Under the pieces are notes generated by a model that ran no database searches, was not told the origin of the DNA, and saw nothing but the letters and a program-made list of their open reading frames with translations. From Azolla caroliniana (Eukaryota; Plantae; Polypodiophyta): a stretch of DNA of 64,000 nucleotides. Positions 1 through 13,181 of this stretch are shown one piece after another. Each line of letters begins with the position of its first letter. Positions within the stretch are counted from its first letter, which is position 1. The translations under genes and the position numbers were made by a program. The stretch spans positions 19,654,001 through 19,718,000 of the forward strand of contig JBHGNT010000011.1 in assembly GCA_043228905.1 (NCBI GenBank), read 5' to 3'.

Positions 1-138
1 TGTACATTACAATATGCTTAAATGAAATATAAAATTAAACATTTATTTTTATTCTATTTGCTCTGTTTTTTCAATGATATTGATCTATGCTCGACGTTTA
101 TTTTCATTGTATTTGCTCCATTTCTTCAATTATATTTA

Positions 139-442
139 GGTAAAAGTACCAGGATACCCCTGGAAGTTCGTTTATTTACCAGAATGCCCCTGGAAGTTCC
201 AAATTTACCAAACTACCCCTATGTCCAAAATATTACACTTTATAAAGCAATTATACACTCAAATCTACAAGCCCTATTTAACAAAGATGGACCCGAACTA
301 GCCCTATTTACCAAAGATTTGACTGTATAATTACTTTATAAAGTGTAATTTTTTGGACATAGAGGTAATTTGGTAAATTTGGAACTTTTAGGGGCATTTT
401 GGTAAATAGATGAACTTCTAGGGGTATCTTGGTACTTTTCCC
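139..442. mobile_element. Mutator-like MITE (foldback, ~130-bp TIRs)
   Basis: The left arm GGTAAAAGTACCAGGATACCCCTGGAAGTTC...TTATACACTCAAATCT is the reverse complement, with some mismatches, of the right arm AGATTTGACTGTATAA...GGGGTATCTTGGTACTTTTCCC. Flanks TTATATTTA / TTATAATTT match at 7/9, a possible degraded 9-bp TSD as in MULEs. The 22..330 ORF is spurious. Confidence 0.8.
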
Positions 443-915
443 TTATAATTTATCTATGCTTGCAATGATGATGTTCGAGACCTAAACATGAGTTGGTAAC
501 AAAAGAACAATTATAACTTCATGCAATAAAAATGAACATTACCCAAGTATGAACACTTGGGGTAAGCCTTAGAACTTCATGTTTAGCATAAATTATTTAT
601 TATAAGTTGTAAGCTAGCTTAGAATGTGTAAAGTTGGTAATACTACACTATAACATAACTATATGACTTGGCCTCACAATTATTTTGGGATTGTTTTTCT
701 ATCTATACAACAATCTGCTCTTCTAAAAAAATCTTGTTTGCAACAAAATTTGATATCAAAGTATCTTGCTTTCAGTAGAATTCAATGACGATAATCACCC
801 TTCACAAAGAACTTCCTAGATAAAATAAAAGAATCTTGTTTAAAATAAAAGTGGTCAAGGCCTTTGAATGAGTTAATATGGTAAAAGAGAACTTTTTCAT
901 AACAACGCAAGTGAT

Positions 916-1411
916 TACCAAAGTTTCAGCTCAAACTGAACCAAACCTTTAAACCATAGCTTAATGGTTTATAGGTTCGAAGATAAATAAACAGTTTGGT
1001 TTGGTTTCAAATGTTACTAATTAGTTTGGTTTCAGTTTGGTTCGGTTTATAGGTTAGAAAATACTCCTAAATTTTTCCTATAGGCTCTAACTTTTAACTT
1101 ATTAAAATTTATATGCATTATATTTAGAGTCTCCTTTTTCATTTATGATGATTAAATATTATAAGTATGATCAAATTTATGATAAGTATGATGACAAAAT
1201 TTATGATGATTTTCTCACACAAATTTATAATAAGTATAATTATCAATATCAATAAAAAATGGTTTGGTTCTAAATATTCCGTAAACGGTTTGGCTCTAAA
1301 CAATTCGATTTAAATAGCTTCATAAATTTTAAACAGTTTGGATTGGGTTTTTTATGAATAAATGGTTTGGTTTGGTTTCAAGGCCAAGAAACCGAACTGG
1401 GCCCATTGCTA
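916..1411. mobile_element. Non-autonomous hAT-like element with AACC(G/A)/GGTT subterminal repeats
   Basis: A perfect 8-bp direct repeat CAAGTGAT lies at 908-915 and 1412-1419. Termini are degenerate (TACCAAAG... / ...CATTGCTA). Many GGTTTGGTT/AACCAAACC/AACCG motifs sit at both ends around an AT-rich core. An 8-bp TSD is characteristic of hAT elements. Confidence 0.7.
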
Positions 1412-1708
1412 CAAGTGATACTGACGATCAAGGCATCCAAGGAAAAGAGTATATATTAACTGGCTGTTGTTGTATAAGTGAATCTTTATTTACCATAATA
1501 ATCTTTTGTACAAACATTGTTCTTATATGCAATTGACATTATAATACAAAATTGATACTAGTTCTCCGTGTTAAAGTACATACATTGTTGTTATATGCTA
1601 TTGACATTATATTACAATTTACAACATTGATACTAGTTCTCCATGTTAAAGTACAGCAATAATCTACATTTGGTATTGGTGTAATGCACAAAACGTTGAT
1701 CTCCAAGC

Positions 1709-4700
1709 TCAAGCTGACTCGAAGACCATCCGTTGCTTCCACTCTTGAATCGCCAAACGCAATGCGTGATTAGGAGTTAATTGCTTGTGCTTCAACTTCA
1801 AATTAGTCATTGGAGAAGTTTTGTGATCTTGAAGCCATTGTTTAATTCTCCCGTATTCATATGTAAAACCATCAGCAGCAATATGAGGTTCTCCCATTAT
1901 CTCCTACCATGCCAACATTAAAAAATATAAGAGGTTGTTGCCCAAGTTACTTACCACCCTATCTCTATCGTTTAATATAATGCCACTATCAAAATGATAT
2001 AAGATAGATGAATGTCCAAGTTTCTTTTGACTACCAAATTAATAATTAAACTTGTAGAGAAAGACCTAGGGAACATTTGAGAAAATGCAGTTCAAATCTT
2101 ATTCTAGAATAAGTCTCCATGGCTATCTTAATGGCAGCATAAGCATTCTGTTCCTATGCCAGTAGGTGATCATCTGAATTTTATTACTGGAAAGCGTTTA
2201 ACATTCCGTTAATGCAGAGCAAAGCCCGATTGCCAAGATTTCAGAAACTTAACATACCTTTTTTAAAATAAACCATTAGTCAAAACAGCACTCATGGTTA
2301 CTGTTAAAACACTTCAGGGACATCAGACAAGAAATAGCTGCATATGAACCTAAAATCACAAATGTTGACTCCTACATACCTTTGATATCGGGCACTGGAA
2401 AAAGCTGGGAATAACTCCTCTTTGGCCATCATTAACACTTTCCTTGTTCCATGCCACTTGCACAAGGTAGTCATCAGCGAAGGTTCTGAGTTTATCCAGT
2501 TTTGGCAAAACAGTATTCAGTTCTGGCCTGCTCTTCCGTTTCAATTCAGAGCATTCTATAGCAAGGAGTGCCATCTCTGTAGCTTCATTAATTGGCCAAT
2601 TACCAGCTGTTGGATCAAGGACCTCACTTAATTTATTTTGTTCTACAGCATTTTCAATACACTTAATCAATCCAGTTGGGCTTTTGCCTGTCAGAAGCTG
2701 TAACATAACAAGCCCAAAGGCATACACATCAGATTTGGGTGTGAAGACCCCTGTCCTTTGGTACTCTGGATCAATATATGCATATGTGCCAACAGGTGTA
2801 GTATCTCTATAATATGTGACGCTGTCAGATATATTGCCCGGGGCTAAACGTGCCAAACCCACATCACCAAGCTTACTTATCATGTTTCTATCTAAAAGAA
2901 TATTTGCAGGTTTCAGATCCCTGTGGACATAGGGATTTGGCTTTGCTGAATGAAGGAACAGTAAGGCGGTTGCGACTTCAGCAGCAATACGAAACCGAGT
3001 ATGCCATGCTAATGGTGGTGTGGCTCCCTTACAGAACAGCCTATCTTCTAAGCTACCATTGGCCAAGTATTCATACACTAAACAGCCCTTCTCAGGACAA
3101 GCTCCCAACAAGAGGACCAGGTGTGGATGATGCATCCGGCTCAAAAGTTCAATCTACACCAAGATACCAAAAAACAGTTTATGGTCAAGATCGATGAAAA
3201 GAAACAAATATCTTGAGTCATGTAAAACCCAGCTCTTACAAGAGCTCTTTTCATCTTGTTCATATCTTCATTGGTAACAGGATAGAAGAACCCTTAACTC
3301 ATATACAACTTAAAACCAACCTCTTGCTGGAACTCCTTTGGACCTTGCACAGCATCATGCTTCAAAGCTTTTATGGCTACAGTTGTATGATGCAGTTTCC
3401 CTTTGAAGACTGGACCATAACCACCCACTCCTATTTGATTCGAGTCTGAGAATCCATCCGTGGCTTGACTCAGTTCTTCATATTCATACTTTCTATATTT
3501 GGTTTTTGCTAGTTGAAGTGCAGCTAGGGCTTCTTGTCTATTTAATGCTTCGTTGTTAGCTCGAACTTCAGCCTCTTTACGTCTTGCAGCCTCATCTTCA
3601 GCTGCCAATTTGGCAGCCTCCAGAGCCATCAGGATCTCATCATACTTCCTTGATTCTTCTGCTGCTTCCTGTCTGGAAGCCTTTGCTAGAAGCAATGCCT
3701 GCTCTCGTTTCTTTTCTTCCTTTTTCGCAAGGGTATTGAGCTCTGCTGCCTGCAAACAGCATCAAAAGCTTACCTTATTAAGACATTTAGACACAAAAAC
3801 TTCACATATCAAAAATTAAGGATGAACCGACTTTCCTACTTCCTAGTTCTCTGCATTAACAGAGTAGGTAAGAATTATTCTTTTACGCTCCCAGAATCTC
3901 CATAAATGAAGAAGTGGAAGCATGGAAACAACAAAAAATGACGTTATACATTTCCCTCATATTATTTCGTTTTTCGTTTTATACTATCTTGATTTTCCTG
4001 TAGATATAGAATGTACTAAGAAAACAATCTGATTATAGGTTTTGTGTGTAAATACCTTCTAAATTTATACGACTCTAAACCCTGGTTTCTATCTTGATAA
4101 AGCCCAAATTTTGAGATAACTATTGTATCAATAATATTAAACTCAAAGATGAGACAACATCCAGTAAACTTCTCTCAGCTGTCAGTTGATTGTACTTTAT
4201 CTTGGAGCATAGAGCCATGAGAAATCAAGCAATGTTGATGGGAACTAGTAACCAGAATTGGCTGAGAGGAGCTAACACTGTACAGAATCTCAACCAGGTC
4301 AGCTAACAACAGATGATGCAACCAGGACATGGATGCAAGGAATCCAAATGACTAAGGAGATAAGTAATCCCCATCAAGCAGCACTATGTGCATAATTTGT
4401 AACAGCATATTAGAGGCACTTCAGTTGAACAAGTCAAGGAATTTATTTCTGCAAACCTGTGCTATTATCATTTTGCGTTATACTTTGATCTATGTTTCCA
4501 TTTTTTAATCGAATCTTGTACAGTTTGGATTGGTTTTGCTGTGAATTATGTTTGCATGCTCCTCTTGTTAGCTTGAAATTAGAAACTTTCACTTGGCAAA
4601 TAAGCCAGTCCTATACAATGAGTGGCATCAATAATGTTTTTTACTCATCATGGAATTTGACCCCCAGTTGGCTCCAAAGACTGGTGCTCTTTTTTAGTAT

Positions 4701-7700
4701 TTCTTTAGGAACTACTATGGACACTCCTAATTGCCTTAGGCAGAGTGGACTCACAACTCAGAGGCATCATAACACTCAGAGGGACTTAGGGATTTGACAC
4801 TACTAAATTTTTATAATAAATATATAACTTATAAGATATAAATAAATAAGTATTCGTTTTATTTTTAATAAATAAATAAAATAAAATAAAGACTCATTAA
4901 TTTCTCACTTTTTATTCCCCCAAAATTTATGGATATTTTTATTTTGACATTAAAAATAGTACTTTAAACTAATCATATCTTCAAAGTTCATACTAATCAT
5001 ATTTGTATAATAAATATAAAAATATTCGATTTTTAAAAATTAATTAATTGATTGATTAATTAAAATAAGTTTTATAAACTCTCTTGACACTATAATCTAT
5101 TAATAAATAATTGTTCTTTTTTTGGTGAAATAAATTTATTTAAATAAATAAATAAATATTTTATATTTATTTTGCAAAACGAATGGTTTTTTAATATTCT
5201 TAGGGCCATTTCGTATTCTCGAATATTGAGAATATTGCACATGGAGAATATCACGAATATCACGCATGTGTCAATCTATGGTTCCAATGATGAGAAACTC
5301 AACCTGATGCTTCTAGTTATTTGGTTTTAGGAAGCTAGTGTAGAAAGCTTTTTTATTTTAATTCTTATATTACTTACATTAACGATTTAACATTAACAAT
5401 GGAAACCTCTTCTGAACCTTCATAAGACCAGATTATGATGTTTAACACAACTGAGGCATGGATGACTAGGTTAGATCATTGATTTCTAGGACAGACAGTA
5501 TAGCACAGAAAACCATATTCACATTCACGGAACCCCATTTCTCCTTGAAAGTGACATGCAGCTTTTGGAACACTTGAAAGTTCTGAGCATCACAGACCAA
5601 AGTATGGATGTTCAGTACATTGCTCACATCCTGTCTTGTTGAAGATATGGTAATCCGGGATCAAGCCTTTGCACAACAAAAGATTGGAAAACATGCAACA
5701 TGAAAAAGGCATTCAATGCGATGATTACCTGAATGTTAAGAAGGAGAATGTCAGTACCATATGAGATAGTTAGAGACGAGTGGTGAGTAGCCTCAATAGT
5801 CACTGAGGCACATTTCAATGTTGTGACTTCATTCAATGAGGCACCACTGCAAATGGTCAGTTCTGATTCATGTATAGATCTTGCAAAGGTCAAATGAACT
5901 ATTTCTATGCACAAATGAAACGGCTGGCTCCAACTACATGGCATGGATAATGCCTCACAAGACATTGTTTTCTGAAATCATGATCAGAAATTGTTTTGAC
6001 CTTGGAAGATAATTTACTAAGCAATCGGTGACTGTTTTCCAGGAGAGTCTCAGAATTAAAAGCAGCTGGGACCAACTTTCCTGTAGTCTGAGTTAAATAG
6101 CTTCAAAATTATAGACCTGGGGTTTTTCCTTTTTATCGACAATTTTTAATTTTGGGAAATAAAAGATTAATTTTCTTTTCATACTTTACCCTCTGCATGG
6201 CTAAGGCTGTTGCTTGTTCAGCCTTAACAACTCGCTGTTGGGCTACCTCAAGCTCAAGCTTCAATTTCTCCAATTCATTAAGCTCTTCATCCTGGAGATT
6301 TAAGAGGCAAGGGCTCATTAAATGGAAAATTAGGATATCAAGCTCGTTAAGGAGAATTCTTAGTGTTCAAGTCTTGCCTGAATAGAAATCACACGTTGCA
6401 ATCTAGAAATATCTAATGGCATCTTTGTAACATATTTTTCTTTAGAATCATGTTCAGAATCATTGCTGATTTGTGTGATGGATTCAACACTTTGTCCATG
6501 AATAGAATTACATATCAGTATAGAATTTAATTTTTCAGAGAAGTGCGTGGAAGAAACTTCACTAATACTACGATCCAGTATTTTGTGGTTGTCATCCAAT
6601 TTGGCTGATGCATGAATTTCCTTATGATTTGTCGTATCTTGAGAATGCTCATCAAGACATATTTTTTCAACACTCGGAATTCTCAAATGCATAAATGACT
6701 TTGATGTAGCATCATCTGCATTATATGAATCATTCATGGATGTAGTTTGATATCGTGAAGTGTTACTCAAGGACCGCTGTGACTCTGAGAAACTTTGTTT
6801 GTCATATTGACCATGCATAAAGTTGATGCTGGATGCAGCTCTTGCTCTTTGCAGTGGTAAAGACTGTGTTATTACCCCTCTACCATCTTCATGCAGCTTT
6901 CTGGGATCAAGATGTTGAAGATGCTCCTCAAGAAACTCACCAGTTAGAATACTGTCATCAGAATTTGATGATAAGCTATTTCTTCTTTTCTTTTCATCTG
7001 GAACAGACAAATATTGTAACTTCGTATATGAGAGATAGAAGATAAGTCAAATATATGAAAGCCACTCGAGATATCACAGCTAGTTAACCTTGTAAAGGAC
7101 ATATTTATAGAAGATTTAGTTATATTTTAGATTGTACTTCTGTTCTTTTCATCTGGAACAGACAGATAAAATAATTTCATATATCAGATAGTAGATAAGT
7201 CGAATACATGAACCCCACCTTGTAAAGGATATATTTATAGAAGATTTAATTTTACTACTTACTAGCGGCATTTGAATTAATCCTTGAAGAGCAGATATAA
7301 TGACTAAAACACTCTGTTTCCCTGGTGTCAACCAAGTATCTCATTTTCACTTCTTGATGTTTTCACAGCTATATATTTCATAAACAGAAAGAGTTCAATC
7401 TTAAAAAGTAAATATTCCTCTTCTTTGTATATGAATTAGTACCAAAGAATTAACAAAACAAGGCACGCCTCCAATAACTGATTTCAAAACAAGCATGCAA
7501 CTGGATAAATATTCTTATCATGAAATGTCCCAATGTCAGAGGTTCACTTGTAAAAACAAAATCCCAGAAAGTATATGGAAACTCAAACAGTGTATCTACT
7601 TAAAAACATTTGGAGTTGTCATGACTGGTATAAAATTAATATGAGTACAAAACAGGGTTCAGCACTAGATATTTGAAAATACCGTTTGGATTACAGTTGC

Positions 7701-9778
7701 TCAACATATTGATGCTAGCGGCAGAGCTCAGTCTTGCTTCTTTAACAGACAAAAGCTTTTCCTTGGATACTACAAAGATTGAACAATGTTCTGGTGCATT
7801 CCTCACAACATAGTCTGCGATACCATCCCGCTTCATTTTTCTGAATATAAAACATAATTGTCATCAGAGTTTTACTGCAATATAGAAAAGTTGATGTTTG
7901 CTGTCCTCTTAGCTGAGGAGCTAATGCCTGGTGGCATATCCTTGGAAGCTGCAAGATCAATATTACCTGAATAGAGCATTTCCTGTTGATGTCCCAATGA
8001 TCAATTTCTTCACATTTAAGCGGCAAACTTGATCCAGAATTGAAAGAGCTATTTTATCACTTTCCACGATAATGAACTCTGCTCGAACCTTTTTTAGAAA
8101 AGTAAAAAGTAGTGATTCCTAATGCATCCGAGGAGAGGTACTAAAAATGAAAGAAAACTTGCAATGGTCAGTGTTACCTGCCGTGCATCACAAAGACTCC
8201 GATGAGCTTGCAATTCTTGGTCTGTTTTTGATTGGACATCTCTTTTGTATGCAGCCACAATCCAAGGGTTTAACTTATTGATTGGAACTAAGTTTCCAAC
8301 TGTATGTCCGAAAGTGCAATCAGATCTCATTTGAAGTACAAATATGTATAGAGAGTATAACTATATATTTATAGCACATCCGATCATAATTTTAAGATGG
8401 CTGATGATTATTAGAAGACTGAATTTGCTTGAGCAGCCAAGCACGCTGGGTTGAAAACTGATAATAATTTTATTTATCATCATATACAATATATGGGGTT
8501 TGTGACCATGATGAGCCAACATTAGCACCTTTAACTTTCTCTACCATGTGTCTCTAGTATATGGAAGCAATTGTTGGGAGGCTCAAATTCTACTGCCTAT
8601 TTAGGAACCATTGTCATTTCTGACCACATCAGCAAATTAAGTCACTTGGAAAACATATCATGCAAGGGTATTCGGTGACACAAACATGGGTCCAAGACAC
8701 TCATATTTTCAACATAAACATAAGCATCGTACATCAATTTTCCCTTTTAGTTATACCTTTATGAAACCAGAATAGTTTGGACATTAGGAATTAAGTGAAA
8801 GAAGTGAATGCTAGTAAGGAGGAAAGATAAACTAATGTCTCATATGAAGCCTAAATGTCCTTTTGCAAAGGTATGAGTTAGTATATATGAAAATATTCTC
8901 ATCTTGGAGAACAATAAACCAAAATAAACTTGCCTATTCCCATTAGTTAAGAACGTAAACTTCATAGCTTCAATGGCCTCAAACTTGTGCCTTTGAAAGA
9001 TCACCAATATGGGCTGTTCTAAGATTGAGAGGTCTCCAAAGTGAGGAAAGCACCTTCAGCATCAGGTGACAATTGGTTTGAATTTTCAATACAAGGGATT
9101 GAGAGGAAATGGTGCCTTCCTGTTCTGCCAATTGTTTTGATGAGATAAGTGGCAATCTTGATGACATCATGCAATTGGAACCATTCTTGCTTTCCAGCAT
9201 ACCAATAATGCTGTCCTATCTGTTCTGATGATCGTTTTTTATGAGATAACCTCTCAAATGTTTTGATATAAGTCATTAACACAAATTTCAGGCCACATTT
9301 TATTGTGGGCGATGATTTGCTCATTATTAATTCAATCATGGTCGCAGTCATTCCACTCCCACTCGTTCAGATTATTATCTCCATTCAAAGTCTAGCTCTA
9401 CTTCTAATTCTATATTACAGTAATCTCCAAATCTCAACGATTATGTGTGCTATGAGGGCTTGGTTATCCAGTTTCCATCCCGTTGAGAAGAATATGGTGA
9501 GCTAACCGCAATTTTGTCGTAGTTCTTAGAATTGTATATGTTCTCATATGGGAAATACATATCCTCCAGGGATTCCTTGCCAAGGATAGAATATTATTGA
9601 ATTAATACGGGAAGAGACACTTACGTGGGTCGGGAATAAACCGAACAGGCGGGCGCACGTGCACAAGCTTCAGAACACCTCCTCCTGGGACATGAAAATT
9701 GTTGTCAATCGCCCATTTCACTGCTGCCAAGCTGCTAGAGTGCCTGCAAACAGCCACCATCACAACCTCGTCCGCCAT
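1709..9778 (-). CDS. U-box domain protein kinase (class IV plant U-box: N-terminal USP-like domain, coiled coil, Ser/Thr kinase, C-terminal U-box; PUB33/PUB51/52-like), ~891 aa
   Basis: Nine exons assembled in frame: 9778-9625 (MADEVVMVAVCRHSSSLAAVKWAIDN...LVHVRPP), 8299-8178, 8088-7967, 7840-7683, 6997-6378, 6291-6190, 3749-3321 (IGVGGYGPVFKG..VAIKAL), 3153-2380 (HRDLKPANILLD, KLGDVGLARL, GTYAYIDPEY, IPSFFQCPISK), 1903-1709 (EIMGEPHIAADGFTYE..TSPMTNLKL..LTPNHALR). Total 2676 nt. All introns are GT-AG except one GC-AG (6377-6292). Confidence 0.92.
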
Positions 9779-10133
9779 TCCCGTCTAGTATTCGTGACAC
9801 TTTCTCCTTTCTGGATACAACCCTGGCCCAAAAACCCTAGATCTTGCCTTCTGAAGATACCACACCCACGCCTACATATCACTGATAAGGTAAGGTAAGG
9901 GTCTGCTCTGTAAGAGAGAGTGCAGATATGTCGGTCAGATGACTGCAACATAAAGGTCATCTCTTGACCTTGACCAGGTCAATTGTGTGCCATAGATTTG
10001 TCCACAAAAGATCGGCCGTGGATTCACATTCACTGACCGCCAATGAAACATTGGGACATGGACAACATTTCCTTTCGGATCCCATGCCTGCTAGCCACCA
10101 CGATCAAGATGCTTACCTTGCAATGGATGGGAC

Positions 10134-10445
10134 ATGTGCTTAGGAGCATCATGTTGTGAGGGCGGATTGACTCAAGCATGTCCTAGATAGAATACATGTG
10201 TTTCGTGAGCGTGTCGAACACTTATCCGATGTTCCACAAACATAACCAAACAATATGCATCCTCTTCGATCTGAAGCCATGCATTCTATATGTGCTTAGG
10301 AGCATCATGTTGTGAGGGCGGATTGACTCAAGCATGTCCTAGATAGAATACATGTGTTTCGTGAGCGTGTCGAACACTTATCCGATGTTCCACAAACATA
10401 ACCAAACAATATGCATCCTCTTCGATCTGATGCCATGCATTCTAT
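10134..10445. repeat. Near-perfect tandem duplication, 2 x 156 bp
   Basis: 10134-10289 and 10290-10445 (ATGTGCTTAGGAGCATC...GCATTCTAT) differ at one base that I can see (CTGAAGCC vs CTGATGCC). Confidence 0.95.
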
Positions 10446-11093
10446 CCATCTCCCACTCGAATAGCAAAAACCATATGGCCAAATCGACTCCTCTTATACG
10501 CTATATGCATATGTTCGTGTCAACATGAAGAGTAGTTTGTGTAAGCATTAAAATGGACAAGGAGTCTTGATAGACTTACGTAGAAGGAAGAATGACAAGA
10601 CAGGACCGCGAGCTTTATGGCTTTGAAATGTTAGAGCGACTTATCGAGAAAGAAATCATGCGGCTACAAAAGCACGTAAGCATAGTAGAGTTTGTGTGTC
10701 ATTGCATGTATGTATCCCACCATCCAAAGTAAGCTATTATGGATATCCATGATTTTGAAACTCTCATATTTACAAGTGAATTCATCTACTTTATTTGGTC
10801 GACAAGACATTCCGATGCGAATGTAGTGGTGTGGTGTAAACTAGAATCGGGCGAGCAACGAGAGAGACTAAGAACCAGGAGCGTGGCGAGTGCTTAAACC
10901 AAAGAGACAAGGTTTTTGTATGATGGAAGAGACAAATGCCTGTCCAATGTCCATTGTCCAGAAGCTATAGCTATAGCTAAGCACAGTGTGAAAGGGAGAG
11001 AGTGTGTGGGAGGGGGGACATTATACCGTTAATTCTGTTGAATCATTCTTGCTGCTCCAAAATCCATGGAAACACAGAGACAGATACACAGAC

Positions 11094-12970
11094 ATGCATG
11101 CAATGCAATCCACGAAAATGATGAAAAGGAGCGCAGTGATGAGTACATCAGAAAGAGCAGGACAAAGAAGAAGCGCAGCATCATTGCTCATGGCTGCCTC
11201 CTCCTCCTGCTGCTGCAATGCAAGGGAGCAGCTCTGTAACTATAGAAACCACTTCTCATGTCGCTCTGCCACCAGATGCATGCTGATCGCCGCGGCAATC
11301 TTTGTCCTCGTGTCCTGCATGTTTCTATTCAGTACGGATCCTCTTCCTGGCGGCTGCAATGGCGGCGGCCCTGGCCATTGCCGGATTCGGCCTGCGCTTC
11401 TTGATGTGCTACACCTTCGTGACAGAGTTGCAGTGCCCTTCTCTGTGTCACAGCAGGAATCCATGGCTCTCAATCGCAGCTTCAGTCGCCTGTCCGAGGC
11501 ATACAGAGCGTGGGATGAGCGTGTGGGGTGCGAGAGCTTCCGAGCATCGCATGTCAACAACAGTAGTAGCTCCTCTCATCACCATCTTCATCTTCGTCAT
11601 GCTCATAATGCGTCTAGCATGGCAGACCATGATCATGGTACCATGACCTACAGAAACCCTAGCCTGCAGAGTCCATACGGTCCGGGCACCACATCGTGCA
11701 CCTCCATGAAACTCCGGCATGTCTCGGTCCTCGTCAAGCGCTGGCGTTGGCTCCCGGACAACCTCCACAACCTCTACAGTTGTGTCGGATACTCCTCGTG
11801 TGGTCTCACTTGTTTATGGACCAAATCCCCAGCACTCGCAGATGCTCCCGATGCGCTCCTCTTCGAAACCGCAAACCCTCCTCCCCAGGTATATGCACTT
11901 CTTTATGCAAATTTACGATGATGTCCATCGTTCATCCGATGTCTTCACACTAGGCCTCTAGTACTGCTCGAATTTTGTTTGCTCTTCTCAGTATTGTCTC
12001 ATGATGGTCTTAATATGATTTATAACTGCTCTTGAACTTACATAATTATAGAGGATAAAAGGGGAGCCCTTGAGAGTCTACATGGACCTAGAACCTGGAC
12101 GGAGGTCTAGCGGCTATGAAGATATCTTCGTAAGCTACCACGCTGGTGACACTTTACAGGCCACCTATGCTGGAGCATCATTCCATATCCATCGTAGTTT
12201 CTTCACATCTTCAATCAAGAGAAATGTACGTGTACTATAATATATACTACTCTCTAGTGACGACTGATATCGAGGGTCATGTAATTAGTTGGACACATTT
12301 TATAATTTGCTTAGGCCATTATTGCTATTGAATTATCTTGTATCAGATCATTGATGGTTTTTTTCTAAACCCATTGTAGGATGCATTGGTGTATTGGTCT
12401 TCATCACATTGTGTGCCCGCAAGATCGTCATTAGCACGGGAGCTTCTTGAGCATTTGCCCCATCATTCATTTGGCAAATGTATCAAGAATGTACCAGGAG
12501 GTGAGACTGCCATATTGACAATGTACCCTGAGTGTAAAAGTTCTGATGATCATGGCAGCAGTAGTGAATATTGGGCATATCATTTGCATTGTGCTATGTC
12601 CCACTACAAATTCGTATTAGCGATTGAGAACACAATGACAGAGTCTTATGTGACCGAGAAGCTCTTCTATGCTCTAGATGCCGGTGCTATCCCAATATAC
12701 TTTGGTGCTCCCAATGTTAGGGATTTTGTGCCCCCACATTCCATCATAGATGGTTCAACATTTGCAACCTTGGAGCGGTTGGCAGATTATGTGAAGGAGG
12801 TGGCTACTAGTCCGATATTGTACGCTGAATACCATGCATGGAGGAGGTGTGGGGTGATGGGGCCTTACCATCACACCAGGGCTGTGAGCTTGGATTCCCT
12901 CCCTTGTAGGCTATGTGCTCTTGTGAGCAAGTATGGGGGTAGAGACTATACTCCTCAACCAACCACTTAA
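11094..12970 (+). CDS. FUT13: Alpha-(1,4)-fucosyltransferase, GT10 family (FUT13/FucTC-like), ~519 aa; start codon uncertain
   Basis: Exons 11094-11888, 12052-12225 and 12380-12970 are GT-AG and in frame. The protein has a type II TM segment (LIAAAIFVLVSCMFLF), WRWLPDNLHNLYSC..CGLTCLWTKS..ADAPDALLFE, PLRVYMDLE, the GT10 motif HYKFVLAIENTMTESYVTEKLFYALDAGAIPIYFGAPN, and C-terminal EYHAWRRCG..SLDSLPCRLC, all matching plant alpha-1,4-FucT. Several alternative in-frame ATGs lie within ~100 bp downstream of 11094. Confidence 0.9.
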
Positions 12971-13146
12971 TTTACTAGATAGTTAGATATATATAGATGT
13001 ATATATGGGTAACAAAGTGTTACTACTACTTCCTAGGCTTCCTTGCCTTCAAAAAGAAATATTTATTTATTCATCTAACGTGTCACTTTCAAATGTCATC
13101 CGAGATAAGAAGAGAGGGAGAGAGTCATAGACGGAGATGGAGACAT

Positions 13147-13181
<35 letters not shown>

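Noticed and set aside
22-330. 102-aa ORF
   Set aside because: It runs through a MITE arm and has no protein-like features.
4789-5283. AT-rich intronic block with GATTTGACAC / GTGTCAATC ends and GAATAT repeats
   Set aside because: Possibly a truncated non-autonomous element, but the TIR match is short and I found no TSD.
8979-9505. Short ORFs in PUB intron 1
   Set aside because: They have no recognisable domain and are not needed for the in-frame gene model.
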